A stretch of DNA of 33,935 nucleotides from Welwitschia mirabilis (taxonomy: Eukaryota): positions 28,245,023 to 28,278,957 of the forward strand of contig JBOZIK010000001.1 of the NCBI GenBank assembly GCA_051453625.1. Direction: 5' to 3'. Of the stretch, positions 1 to 12,022 are shown piece after piece (the first letter of the stretch is position 1; the number at the start of each line of letters is the position of its first letter). Both the position numbers and the translations under genes were made by a program. The notes beneath the pieces were generated by a model. That model was not told where the DNA came from. It worked only from the letters and a program-made list of their open reading frames with translations, and searched no databases.

Positions 1-492
1 TCTCGTAAAGTCATGGAAAAGATGATCATGTAAGTTCTATCAGTTGTGCGTTTCTTATCATTGCTAGATGTAAGAATGAGTTGTTCAATTTCTGTGATGT
101 GTTGTAGGGGGTTTTCATCCAGTTCTTCTCTAAAGGTAGGATAAGCATTCAGATTTTTCAGTTCTACATCATCGTCAAGAGGTAAGTTAAAGGGGTTTTG
201 AATTTGAAGTCTTTTGTTAGCTATGAGATCTCTCAGAGTAGCACGAGTATTTGGTTGAAGAGGAGTAGAAGTAATAGTTCCAACGACAGGTAGTGGATTT
301 GGTGAGATAGGTTTTTTTTTGTGAGAGGTCGACATGGTATTAAATTCTTCAAAATTAAAATCAGGTTCTTTTGCAGAATTAGAATCATAAATTTTGATTT
401 TCAAATTCAAAATTTAACAAACCTTCTCGGATATTTTCTGTAATGAATTATCGCTCGCTCTAGTATTTTTCATTTTTTTCAATCTTAACCAT
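1..492 (-). pseudogene. gag: Athila-like Ty3/Gypsy gag N-terminus, running off the window start; homologue of element A gag
   Basis: Minus frame open from ATG 335 to the window edge: ...TLRDLIANKRLQIQNPFNLPLDDDVELKNLNAYPTFREELDENPLQHITEIEQLILTSSNDKKRTTDRTYMIIFSMTLR. It aligns with ORF 7509-7868 (TFRKLLTNKKQEILIPFDLFLRDDIELKNLNSYLTFSGDDDENPFQQIIDIEQLIITLENGKKKISDRTYMIIFPMTLK). The upstream part from ATG 492 (MVKIEKNEKY*..ENIREGLL) matches MVNLKKKYQ..KNIKEGLV at 7311 but has stops and a frameshift. Confidence 0.85.
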
Positions 493-549
493 TTAGTTTC
501 AGTGCTATCTTGTGCATTGTCCTGTATGTCATCTGGACTATACCTGAAA

Positions 550-1236
550 NNNNNNNNNNNNNNNNNNNNNNNNNNNNNNNNNNNNNNNNNNNNNNNNNNN
601 NNNNNNNNNNNNNNNNNNNNNNNNNNNNNNNNNNNNNNNNNNNNNNNNNNNNNNNNNNNNNNNNNNNNNNNNNNNNNNNNNNNNNNNNNNNNNNNNNNNN
701 NNNNNNNNNNNNNNNNNNNNNNNNNNNNNNNNNNNNNNNNNNNNNNNNNNNNNNNNNNNNNNNNNNNNNNNNNNNNNNNNNNNNNNNNNNNNNNNNNNNN
801 NNNNNNNNNNNNNNNNNNNNNNNNNNNNNNNNNNNNNNNNNNNNNNNNNNNNNNNNNNNNNNNNNNNNNNNNNNNNNNNNNNNNNNNNNNNNNNNNNNNN
901 NNNNNNNNNNNNNNNNNNNNNNNNNNNNNNNNNNNNNNNNNNNNNNNNNNNNNNNNNNNNNNNNNNNNNNNNNNNNNNNNNNNNNNNNNNNNNNNNNNNN
1001 NNNNNNNNNNNNNNNNNNNNNNNNNNNNNNNNNNNNNNNNNNNNNNNNNNNNNNNNNNNNNNNNNNNNNNNNNNNNNNNNNNNNNNNNNNNNNNNNNNNN
1101 NNNNNNNNNNNNNNNNNNNNNNNNNNNNNNNNNNNNNNNNNNNNNNNNNNNNNNNNNNNNNNNNNNNNNNNNNNNNNNNNNNNNNNNNNNNNNNNNNNNN
1201 NNNNNNNNNNNNNNNNNNNNNNNNNNNNNNNNNNNN
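550..1236. other. Assembly gap (N-run)
   Basis: Continuous N. Confidence 1.
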
Positions 1237-1632
1237 TCTCTGGATTACAAGATGATTCTTTAGCCCCAAGATCTCCTGTCACGAGAATGTTAGGTATTGT
1301 CGAAGATGATTAGGAATCAAGGGGGAGACCTTTATTTATAGATAGAAAGGAAAGATAAACTGATAAAAAGGTAAAGTAGAAACTCTAGCTAACATGCATA
1401 AGAAAGTCGCAATAAGTAGGCAACAACTCAGGAATACATTCTATAAAAGTGATAGAGAATAGTGTCATTCTTCTGATTGTCCGGATAATGTAGGAGATGA
1501 TAAGAATTGATAATGAGTTATCTACTTAGCTTCTAGTTTACTGCTTATGATCTACATGCAAACTATTTTCTACTATTTTTGGAGATGTCCTCCACTGGTG
1601 TCGTCTAGACGATGAGGTGGACGATGATGTCT
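1237..1632 (-). repeat. Probable LTR fragment (U3/TATA region) between two gaps
   Basis: Minus-strand CTATAAATA TATA-like box near 1333-1341. Carries a CpG-retaining relative of the hairpin motif (TGTCCTCCACTGGTGTCGTCTAGACGATGAGGTGGACGATG, 1586-1626). Position and strand fit the 5' LTR of the gag at 1-492. Confidence 0.5.
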
Positions 1633-2367
1633 NNNNNNNNNNNNNNNNNNNNNNNNNNNNNNNNNNNNNNNNNNNNNNNNNNNNNNNNNNNNNNNNNNNN
1701 NNNNNNNNNNNNNNNNNNNNNNNNNNNNNNNNNNNNNNNNNNNNNNNNNNNNNNNNNNNNNNNNNNNNNNNNNNNNNNNNNNNNNNNNNNNNNNNNNNNN
1801 NNNNNNNNNNNNNNNNNNNNNNNNNNNNNNNNNNNNNNNNNNNNNNNNNNNNNNNNNNNNNNNNNNNNNNNNNNNNNNNNNNNNNNNNNNNNNNNNNNNN
1901 NNNNNNNNNNNNNNNNNNNNNNNNNNNNNNNNNNNNNNNNNNNNNNNNNNNNNNNNNNNNNNNNNNNNNNNNNNNNNNNNNNNNNNNNNNNNNNNNNNNN
2001 NNNNNNNNNNNNNNNNNNNNNNNNNNNNNNNNNNNNNNNNNNNNNNNNNNNNNNNNNNNNNNNNNNNNNNNNNNNNNNNNNNNNNNNNNNNNNNNNNNNN
2101 NNNNNNNNNNNNNNNNNNNNNNNNNNNNNNNNNNNNNNNNNNNNNNNNNNNNNNNNNNNNNNNNNNNNNNNNNNNNNNNNNNNNNNNNNNNNNNNNNNNN
2201 NNNNNNNNNNNNNNNNNNNNNNNNNNNNNNNNNNNNNNNNNNNNNNNNNNNNNNNNNNNNNNNNNNNNNNNNNNNNNNNNNNNNNNNNNNNNNNNNNNNN
2301 NNNNNNNNNNNNNNNNNNNNNNNNNNNNNNNNNNNNNNNNNNNNNNNNNNNNNNNNNNNNNNNNNNN
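1633..2367. other. Assembly gap (N-run)
   Basis: Continuous N. Confidence 1.
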
Positions 2368-2846
2368 TATAGAGTAAATCTATTCATTTATTATTTTTGG
2401 TTCTAGTAAAAATAAGTGTACATATTTACATTCTTATTTATTTTATAATGCATAGAATCTATCAATCAGATAACATAAAGAAGTAAATGTCTATTCATAA
2501 TATAATACAACTATCACATTTACCAAGAATTTAAATGAGTAAATATGACCTAATATATATTGGTATATCTCCTTGAAATTTTTAATTACTAGTTTACATG
2601 TGATTTTAATTCCTTTCATAATGGAATTATCTAACTTTAAATGTTTGAATAACTTTTTTCATAAAAATTTTTGTATCATAATTATTATCATTTTTATGAT
2701 AAATTATGAAAATTACAAACTAAGGTTAATTTAAAATATGACCTTATTTTGATAAGGACTTTAAAGAAGAGTAATTCATCATCTGATTAAAAGCTTAATA
2801 TGCTTAATATTTAGGTAACTAAAGTTTATAAAATATGTGATATGAC
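2368..2846 (-). repeat. Possible Tat/Ogre-like LTR start inserted into the neighbouring LTR
   Basis: Minus strand from 2846 reads TGTCATATCACATATTTTATAAACTTTAG, resembling the terminus at 32160 (TGTCATGTCCCAAATTTTAAGACTTAAG). Homology of the 2847+ LTR to 23672+ stops at this point. Confidence 0.4.
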
Positions 2847-3852
2847 ACATAAACTAAAATAATCAAGTTGTTAAGGCTCAGACATGAAGGCATAATCTCA
2901 TTCATTACATGATTTTTGATAAGTTATTTAGTTCCTTTATTCCTTTATATCCTTCATAAGGATGAAGTGAATGAATGATTATGCATAAAATCTATCAAAC
3001 AATAGTAACTATAATATCACACAAATAACTTTAAATAGCTGACTTGATAATGAAAGAACTTGATAGTATAATAGTTTTACTTAAATATTGTTAATACCAA
3101 TTTAATATGCATTAACAATGAAAAAATAAAAGCTACTTATAATCTAGCCTCATCTAAAGGGATAATACAAAATTAATGTGTATTAACAATGAAAGAATAA
3201 AAGGCCACTTCTTATATTTAAAATAAAAAAAGATACATCATATCATTAAAGAAAAGTAAAGTGAAATGTACTCTTCAACTAACCTTCAAATGATGTACCT
3301 CCAAGAAAAGTGATTAGAATATCATGATTTTCTAGCATCTAACATCTTTCCCTATATTATAAAAGCTAAAAGATTCATTACAATAAAGGGTCAAGGCTCT
3401 TTTGTATATGAGGAAATANNNNNNNNNNNNNNNNNNNNNNNNNNNNNNNNNNNNNNNNNNNNNNNNNNNNNNNNNNNNNNNNNNNNNNNNNNNNNNNNNN
3501 NNNNNNNNNNNNNNNNNNGGTCAAGGCTCTATTGTATATGAGGAAATACTTGAAGAGCTTTATCATGATGTGTTATATGGGTGATTACATAAGTTGATTT
3601 ACATTAGGGTAATTATTTAAGGAAGAAGTTATAAATTTTGACATGTAGCTTTAAAGGAGTATTCTTTGTCTTGTAATATAAGAAAATTAATTAAATGTAT
3701 CTTAAATGAAGATTATGTTGCCTATGAATGCCACATCATATGTCTTCCATGTGATTATCCTTTTTACTATCACATGTTACTACTACATATTTTTGTGTAC
3801 TTTTGCCATGTGTCGTTCAATTTAAAGATTTTTCTTAGATCAACATCTAACA
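2847..3852 (-). repeat. LTR of the element-B family (candidate 3' LTR of B)
   Basis: 2847-~3160 aligns directly with 23672-~23983 (e.g. TAATGAAAGAACTTGATAGTATAATAGTTTTACTTAAA vs TAATGAAAGAACTTAATAATAAAATAGATTTACTTAAA). On the minus strand it starts TGTTAGATG at 3852, after a decayed PPT-like TTTTAATTATAGGATA. Confidence 0.65.
3419..3518. other. 100-N gap with duplicated 30-bp flanks
   Basis: 3389-3418 and 3519-3548 are identical except for one base. Confidence 0.95.
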
Positions 3853-5757
3853 TATCCTATAATTAAAATGTGATTAATTCCCTAAACAAGTGTAATAATA
3901 TTATTTTTTATAGCTTTTATCTTAGAAGACGAGTGACGCTGATAGTCCTAGATGATAGCATAGGTGTTTTGTATTAGAAATATTTTATTTTATACAATGT
4001 CCTCTATAAGGCAGTAATAAACCTACTTATGTTAGGGAAAAGCTTATATTTTCATACAAAAAGGATAAAATACATTATTTTATAATAAAGTGATGAGTTT
4101 AATATCTTTTCCTATATAATAATAATTAACTATACATGCTTATAATGTCAATTTTTGCATATAAAAACATCTCATAACTAGACTTTTACTAGAGTTTTAG
4201 CAAATAGTTAATAAAGAAACGATTAATATGGAAAAAAATGATTAATTAAAAATGTTAAAGTGTAGAAATGGTATCATTTTAAAAATGTTTTTAATCAATT
4301 TTTAACAAATAAGGTATCAAAAACAAAACAATTCTATAAAAATGGATGTCATAAAGCCTAAACCCAAATTAAAGTTTATTTTCAAAGTTACAAAGATAGA
4401 AAAGTAAATACAAGGCTTTTGAGAATAAGTCATATTTAAAAATATTTTACATTACATGGATTTTCCTAAAAGGCTAAAAAATGATTTTGGTGCAAGTATC
4501 TAGGAGGGCTCTAATGAAATTACACCATCTACAACTTTTAAAAGATGGGATACCTAAATTAATAACCACATTTATTGAAAATTTTATGCATTTTATCCTA
4601 AATTTAAAATGTATCACATTGCAAAAAAAATCAATAATCTTTTACATAAACCTATAAGAAATAAAAAATTAGTTAAGAAAATTTTCAAGTGCTTGAATTA
4701 ACGAAAGTGACTACAAGAAGCATTTCTAAATTTCACCTTTCTCTTTTGCTTTTGTATCTTTTTCATAGTTATACTTTATTTCTTATTTTAAGAATTTATA
4801 TTGAATTAGAAATATAGTATTATAATATCTCCTTCTAATAAAATTTAGTATGTTTATATATAAAGAAGTTAGTGTTATATTTCCAGCAAGTGTGTATAAC
4901 ACTAATGCAGTTGAACATGTCATAAAATAATTTATTAGCATTACATTGCTAATGAACATACATAGCCTTAGTGTAGTTAATTAAATCTAATTTTTAAATG
5001 ATTAATAGATAATGTGATTTTTGAAGAGGAGATGTCAAATTTTTTTTTTTTTTTTTATCACTCATCCTAATATTCAATTAACTTTAATGCACATGAAGGA
5101 ATCATTGGTTTATTATCCTAAAAGATCATATGAAAGTATAATCCACCTTTATTTAATCATATTTTCTAGTTAGAAGGGCTCATGTAAAACTAACCTTAAT
5201 AGGTTAAATCAAAAATTAAAAAAAAAGAAACTTTTCATAAAATACTATAAGTAAACTTAAATTCTACCTAATTTGTAATGATAAGATGATCACTTATTAA
5301 CAATTTATTCATTAAGTTCCATCAATCAGGATCATCTAATTTTGAAAACTCATAAATGGATGAAATGAAAGGGTGATTGATGAGCTTTATTAAGTAGTGC
5401 CAAATTGGAAGAGTTGGATGATGAATTTTAAGAATATGGTGGTATATTCTATATCACAGGTAACATTTATGATTTCCTAGATGAAAATATTTAAGGTGAT
5501 GATTGTATAGGTGGTATTACTTAGGTGCTTTAATGTAAGAAAGGGTATCAAGCACAAATGTTTTCAACATTTGTAATTTTTTTAAAATCTAAATTTATCC
5601 TAAAGGGAAAATTTTCTCTAAAAGATAAATCTAATTTAAAATCATGCAAAGAAACTAAAAATTTCTGAAAGGATTTTTCAAGGTAATGCAAGTATAAGGT
5701 CTCAATAAGGTAATGAATGCAAAGGTTAGATAATAAGCAAAATTTATGTAAAGCATT

Positions 5758-6810
5758 TGTTACATTACCAATTTGTGGTTATTTAATGGATTCTGTGAGT
5801 TGTTTTGTAGGACTTTTATAAAGGTTTAGGTGTAATTATAAGGATTTGATGATTCAATAGGAAATCTTGGAAATGTACAATTCTTACCCAAATGCATAGG
5901 ACTTTGGAGAATGATTATTAATAAAAATAATAATTTTCTCCTCAAGAAAGTAATTAAAAAAGATTTTATCCCCTTCGTTATCCCCATGATAGGTAGGATG
6001 ATAATACATTTGCATGCTAATACGAACTACTGAGTCATCATTCTGAATCATTTTTTATAATGAGCTATTATCCCCATTGTTGTCTAGAAGATAGTCAAAA
6101 TGACACTGACATGTAACCAACTCTAATAGCAAACCTTGAGTATTTCATCCATTTATGAATTGTAAATAAGTATGCCTTATTGCGCCTTCTGTTTATCTTT
6201 TTATGCTATATTTTCCTATAAATAAGTCCCTCTTCAACTATCCTTCTCATCTTCATTACACTAGAAATTCTTAGGATAAGAGATCAAAGGATGGAAGATC
6301 CATCTCGAGTATTGCAAAAATACATTTCTTTGGTGCAGGGCTATGTATTCTCCATTAAAGCTTGGCTATTTTATAACCCTCATGTTGTTACTCTTTTTAA
6401 TATAAAAACCTTATTTTATTTTCATGTTTGCATTGTAGATTTTCTAATGACCTTATAGTCTATGATTGTCCTTGATCTGGTGATAATTTATTGTATGATA
6501 TAGATTATCAAGGGCAACCTTTATTAAAGGTGAAAGCAAGTAATATTAGTTACATTTTACATTGCATCTTAGTTTAGGTTGCATCTTCCATTTTTATTAT
6601 ACCTTTTATTTCTTGTATTTTTATTTATTTCTGGTTTCTATTATTCTTTTGCAAAGAAATCCAAGTCTCGTCCCATAGAATTTAATAAGAATATGATAGT
6701 TTGGGTCTACTCCCACTCATTCTAGTATGTTATATTGTGTGAGATATCTATTTATTTTATGATTGATAGAATTCCTTTGAACATAAGCACTTGCATAAAT
6801 ACACACTACA
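5758..6810 (+). repeat. 5' LTR of element A
   Basis: Colinear with 12023-13104 at roughly 80-85% identity by eye, mostly transitions plus one ~27-bp indel. CTATAAATA at 6216-6224. The end is 6810 (CA) or 6813. Confidence 0.93.
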
Positions 6811-6816
6811 ATAAAT

Positions 6817-6834
6817 TAGCACCATTGCTGGGGA
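6817..6834 (+). promoter_or_regulatory. Primer-binding site, tRNA-Asp type (Athila)
   Basis: TAGCACCATTGCTGGGGA vs canonical TGGCGCCGTTGCCGGGGA: 14/18. All differences are transitions, three of them at CpG sites. Confidence 0.88.
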
Positions 6835-7310
6835 AGACTATTGAGAAGTATGAGGGTTTTTGTCATTCAGGTGAGTATATTGAACTTTTATTCAGATATT
6901 TATCTATAGTGACATTGTATTTTATTAGGAATTGTAATTTTTCTATGTATAGTTTTTTAATTTTAGGTTTTTTAGATTTAGTTTTCTATAAAAAACTAGT
7001 GGTCATCCCCTTTGTTATTTCCACAATAGATAGGATAATAGTTTGTAATTTTTTTAATTCTCGTTGTATTTTTATATTTTTATGTTTTTTATAAATTAGT
7101 TTCTATCATCTAATATTTCATTTAGATGACTAGGTGAATGATAGTCTTGTTTTCTAAGTTTTTTGCGTTCTGTTTTGGTTTCTATTATGTTTCTATTGTT
7201 TTAGTTTCTATGTGTTTCATCCCTTCTGTCATTCTCATGATAGACAGGATGATAGTATGTTCTTTTTAATCTTAATTTTTTATGGTTTTTTATTTGTAGG
7301 ATGTTGTAAT

Positions 7311-9130
7311 ATGGTTAATCTTAAGAAGAAATATCAGAAAAAAAAGTTGCTAATAGAGAAAAACATTAAAGAAGGACTGGTGGATATAGAAAATGAGCCA
7401 AAAAAACAATCTTCAGGTGCACTTAATTCTTCTTCTAAATTTATTTTTTTTGAGTCAGATTTCTTAACAAAAGCTCTATAGAAGGAGAGAACCAATTCAC
7501 AATCTCGAGTGCCTCTCATAAGAAAAAAAAAAATCATAGGATCTTCTACCCCTAATGCAAATCTTACCTTTAGAAAATTGTTAACCAATAAGAAACAAGA
7601 GATTCTAATCCCTTTTGATCTTTTCTTAAGAGATGACATTGAGCTTAAAAATTTAAATTCTTATCTAACTTTTAGTGGAGATGATGATGAGAATCCCTTT
7701 CAACAAATTATAGACATTGAACAACTAATTATCACCTTAGAAAATGGGAAGAAAAAAATCAGTGATAGAACATATATGATAATCTTTCCTATGACATTAA
7801 AGGGTAGAGTGAAAAATTGGCTAAGAACCATATCTCACAAAAGCTTGAAAATTTGGGAACAAGTATAGGAAAACTTCATCAAAAGATTTATGAGTAAAGA
7901 AACCATAAGAAAAATAAAAACAAAGGTAATAAACTTTTAACAAAGACTGAGTGAAGATTATTCAGCTACATATGAACATTTCTTTATAGCAACCCATTTT
8001 AATCTAGTAGATGCTTTTTCATGAGATAGTGGATTAACTCCCCACACAAAAAAACTTGTAGATTTCTCTTATGATGAAATTTTCATGAATCTTACTCTAA
8101 ATAATGCCTGGATAAAATTAGAATAACTTGTGGAGGATAGTTAAACTTGACTAATAATAAAATAAAACTATACTATATGCCAAATTATCAAATATTTAAA
8201 TGACATAAAGCAAAAAGAGATAGAATCCAATCCTACAAAGATTATAAAAACTTTACAACAACCTTAGAGAAGTATGCTAAAATGGTTTTAAATGCCAAAT
8301 CTACAACCAAAAAAAATGTTATGCTAACTTGTGACTTATGTGAGAATAATTATCATATTTCCAAAACATGTCCTCTTTTGCAAACATATAAAGAAAGAAT
8401 ACATGAGGAAGTTTGTTCTTTTAACCAACCATCTTAAAACTTCTGAAACCAAAACCAAGTACAACCTAGGTTGAACACTCATTTTCAAAATAATTCCCAA
8501 CCTTTTAGAAACTAATTCGAAAACATAAAATACCCACCAAATTCATTCAATTATAAATATCCAAAGGATATAATCATAAACCTTATAGATGAAATTAGAA
8601 TATCACATGAATAAAAAAAATGCCAAACTTGAAAACTTAATAAGCATCCTTTAGGAAACAATTATAGCAAACCAAAGACCTCAAGGGACATTAGCTATAC
8701 AACCTTTATCAAACCTAAATAAACTAAGAAAAGATTGTAAGGTTATGATAAGAAGTGAATAAGAAATAAACCCTTCTTCATGTGAACTATTCACCTTCCA
8801 AAATCATTTTAGAAATGATAAAAAAGTAGAAGAGGAGGACATAAAAGTATTAGAAGATTATAAATTTTCTTCTCTTGGTAAAAAGAAAAAAAATCCTTCT
8901 CAACAAACCACTCCTTGGCTTGATAGACTTAACAATAATTCAACTTTCAATGAACATCTAAAAGCCTTGATGAAAAATGTGAGAATAAACTTATCCTTTT
9001 AGGAAATTTTGTAAGAAAATCCAAGATAATTAAAACTTTGGAATAACTTAATAAGAAAAAAACAAAAATGATTGATCTATAGCAAAGTCTTTCTAGCACA
9101 ATCCCTTATGAATTTAGTGTTATAAAAATC
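7311..9130 (+). pseudogene. gag: gag of element A, disrupted by stops and frameshifts
   Basis: Retrotransposon-gag-like IFPMTLKGRVKNWL..SLKIWEQV*ENFIKRF. Intact zinc knuckle CDLCENNYHISKTC (Cx2Cx4Hx4C) at 8330-8371. QRPQGTL..QPLSNL motif near 8670-8715. Confidence 0.85.
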
Positions 9131-9134
9131 ATCC

Positions 9135-9540
9135 AAATTTAAAGATCTAGAAGTAGTTATGGTGAAAGTTACTTTAGAGGAAAATAAAAACATTAGAAAA
9201 TCCTTGATAGACATTGGTGTGAGTGTTAATATTATGCCACTTCACATTTTTAAGAGACTTAGTTTGGAGGATAGAATAGAGCTTACTCTAGTTATCTTAA
9301 ATTAGCAGATACTTTAGTTAAGAAATTGTAAAGCATTATTAAAGATTTGGTAATACAAATTAAAGAGGCTTACTACCCCATAGATGTGATTGTCATAAAA
9401 GTTGAGTATAATTGAGGATACCATTTACTTCTAGAAAGATCCTTTTATGCAACAATCCACTACATCATTAACACAAGATTAGAAACAACAAAATGTCATT
9501 TTAGAAATAGAACTTTTACAAATAGAGTCTTTGATGTAGC
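9135..9540 (+). pseudogene. Aspartic protease of element A
   Basis: KFKDLEVVMVKVTL...IRKSLIDIGVSVNIMPLHIFKRLSL (catalytic D at 9210), LADTLVKK, YPIDVIVI and LLLERSFYAT match the Athila protease pattern ALxDLGASVNLMP...LILGRPFLAT. Confidence 0.85.
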
Positions 9541-11771
9541 TGAAAAATATTTAGGTGATGAAATGAACATTGAATATAACATCAAATCAACCTTATTTCT
9601 ATAACATCACCCGCTTAATGAAAGAGAGATGAAATCAAATGAGGATATGTTTTATGATGACCAATGTAAGAATGAAGAAGAAATTCAACCTTTAGAATGT
9701 AAGGAAGTCCAACGTTTCAAAAATAATTATGAGGGAGATTGTCCATTACATAAGCCAAAAATTGAAAATCATAATTTTGAATATGGATTAAAATGTTTTT
9801 CATGGACTTAAAGATAATTTTCTTTGTGATAATTAAAATAAAACTCTTACATTCAATGAAAATCTTTTATCAAAATTGCCATTACTCTCCCCTTTAACTT
9901 TCAAAATTTATGCATTAATGTGGTATCATAGAGTGTTATCCATTATCCTTCTCTTAAATTGATTTTACTTGAAAATAATTGCACATCTTTTATGCTTTAT
10001 CAATTTGTAAATTTTTGGTTTGAACCTTATTTCTCTAAAAATCTTGAAACCAAAATAGATCCTTAATTTTCCTTCTTTCTTTTTAATAAAACTATACTTT
10101 AGATTTAGGAATTGAATAAAAATTTGCCTACTCTAGTATTTTCTTTTCAACTTTATATTTTGATAGTCTCTTATTTCATTTTCTATTTTTAGTTTTTAGT
10201 TCTATTTGAATCTTCTACTTTTTATTTCTATAATAATAATATGTCTTCTCCTCTGTCATCCCCATGACTGATAGAACGATAGTCAGTTTTGTTAGTTTTT
10301 TAGTTGTTTGATAAATTTCCCTTTTTTTGATAATTTTTGTTTTTCCTTTCCTATCCCTGTCATCCTCTCTGTTATCTGGATGATGAGTAGGATGATATTT
10401 AATTAATAATCATTTTTCTTTTCTATTATTTTAAGACAATACATTTTTATGGCTCTGTTGAGATTTCTAACTTGACTGCTTGAGAATTTTAGGAAGTAAA
10501 TGGAAAAAAAATGGAATTTCATGAGTAAACCATTTAAAGTTTCTCTTAGATTTTTTCTTTGGATGTTATTATGGGATTACTTAATCATTTTTCAAATTTG
10601 GCTTATGTAGTTATCTCCATGACTTGTCTTTTAACTTGGGAATTTTAGTGGTAAAATTGGATTCAACCAATCTGAGGAGATTCACATGTTCATTGACTTC
10701 AATTTGAAGGAAGATGCTTATTTTTTTTTTCAATAATGAAAAGATCTTATATTGTTTAATATTGTTCTTTTCTATCTTTATCTTATGAGTTTCGCCTTTG
10801 TCTTTTGGAATGTTTGGTAATGTAAAAGATGTCTTTCAAGTTTCAGAAAAAATAAAAAAAGAAACAAAAATAGGGAGAAGAGGTAAAATAATTTCATTAT
10901 GTTTTATTTGTGATATTTCAAAAACATGATCACCATGATGTCCTATCACAAGTACACTAGGGCAAATATTTCCAAAAAGAGCCTTTGGCAGTGTAATATG
11001 TTAGCTGTGAAAACTCCACTGGAAGGACAGTTGACCATACTTTATGGGTACTTACTTCTCTAATGATGGGTGAACTATCCTTATCATGGAATCAGTGGTA
11101 TTCTTGGTGTCATCATAGGCATTGCTTGTTTCCTAGACTCTTATTCTATTCCACATGATCATTTTATTTCTTGAGATTTGGGTGTTTCTTTTAAGATGAT
11201 GATGGGTGAGTTTATTTTTGGACTTTTTTATGTCTAATTATTCATTTTACCTTAGCATTATCATAACCATTGCCTTATCAAGTAGAATTTTCATACGTTA
11301 AATCATGCATTTTTCACATCAAGTAATGTTATGCTTTCTCTCATGGGAGTCTACTAGATAAAAATATCAGATAGGTAAGCTATTTTTCAGTAATCTTACC
11401 CTATTCCCATTATTTTTATTTTCTTTTGTGTTTTAGTTAGTTATTTTAAAGTCATTACTGTAGTTTCTTATTATCATGTTTTTCTTATTTGGTTTTCACT
11501 AAAAGCAGAATTTTTTCTCAATTGTGTTTTCTTAATAAATTTTATTTTTTGTATCTAAGCGCTGCTCATGATTTATTTCTATGATGAAACATTTTTTATT
11601 ATCCAATTTTTTTTTTTTACTTGTTAGAATATTTTATAGATCTATATTTTTTAAATCTGACATTACTCATCTTTATACTTCATTTTAGAAAGTTGTCCAC
11701 TTTTACCTACCTTTTTACTCTTGTCTACTTTCTCTGCTTTATTTTCCAATACAAGACATATTTTTTTAATT

Positions 11772-11783
11772 GAGAAGAGGGGG
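11772..11783 (+). promoter_or_regulatory. Internal (second) polypurine tract of element A
   Basis: GAGAAGAGGGGG about 240 bp upstream of the 3' LTR. Athila elements are known to carry two PPTs. Confidence 0.5.
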
Positions 11784-12002
11784 TAAAGACCCATTTTTAT
11801 GGCTCATTTTCAAAACTTTTTAACTTAATTTAGATCTTTCATAAGATAACATTTTTAAAAATTTTCATACACATTATGCATTACCTATTATTTATCTATG
11901 TGATGTATTTTATGAGCCTATTTTATAATTCCAAATTTATTTTTTGAAAACTAAATTAGCTCATAATTGTGGTTTTTTGCCTAGTTTTAATCAGGCACTG
12001 AC

Positions 12003-12022
12003 AAAGGTTAAGTGAAGAACTA
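12003..12022 (+). promoter_or_regulatory. Decayed terminal polypurine tract of element A
   Basis: AAAGGTTAAGTGAAGAACTA directly before the 3' LTR TGTTACA. Confidence 0.55.

Noticed and set aside
485..2406. ORFs of 243-267 aa in all frames
   Set aside because: They consist almost entirely of X across N gaps; artefacts.
3099..3210. About 40-bp local duplication (AATTTAATATGCATTAACAATGAAA...)
   Set aside because: Real but an ordinary small duplication inside an LTR; no further significance evident.
5040..5056. T17 run as the poly(A) tail of a minus-strand LINE/SINE or retrocopy
   Set aside because: No TSD, Pol III boxes or LINE ORF motif could be identified next to it.
6817..6834. tRNA-like sequence
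   Set aside because: Only the 18-nt complement of a tRNA 3' end (a PBS); no cloverleaf.
6735..7094. 119-aa hydrophobic ORF
   Set aside because: It crosses the LTR end, PBS and T-rich leader; the F/I/L richness reflects base composition.
7334..7639. 101-aa minus-strand ORF
   Set aside because: Antisense shadow of gag with no independent evidence.
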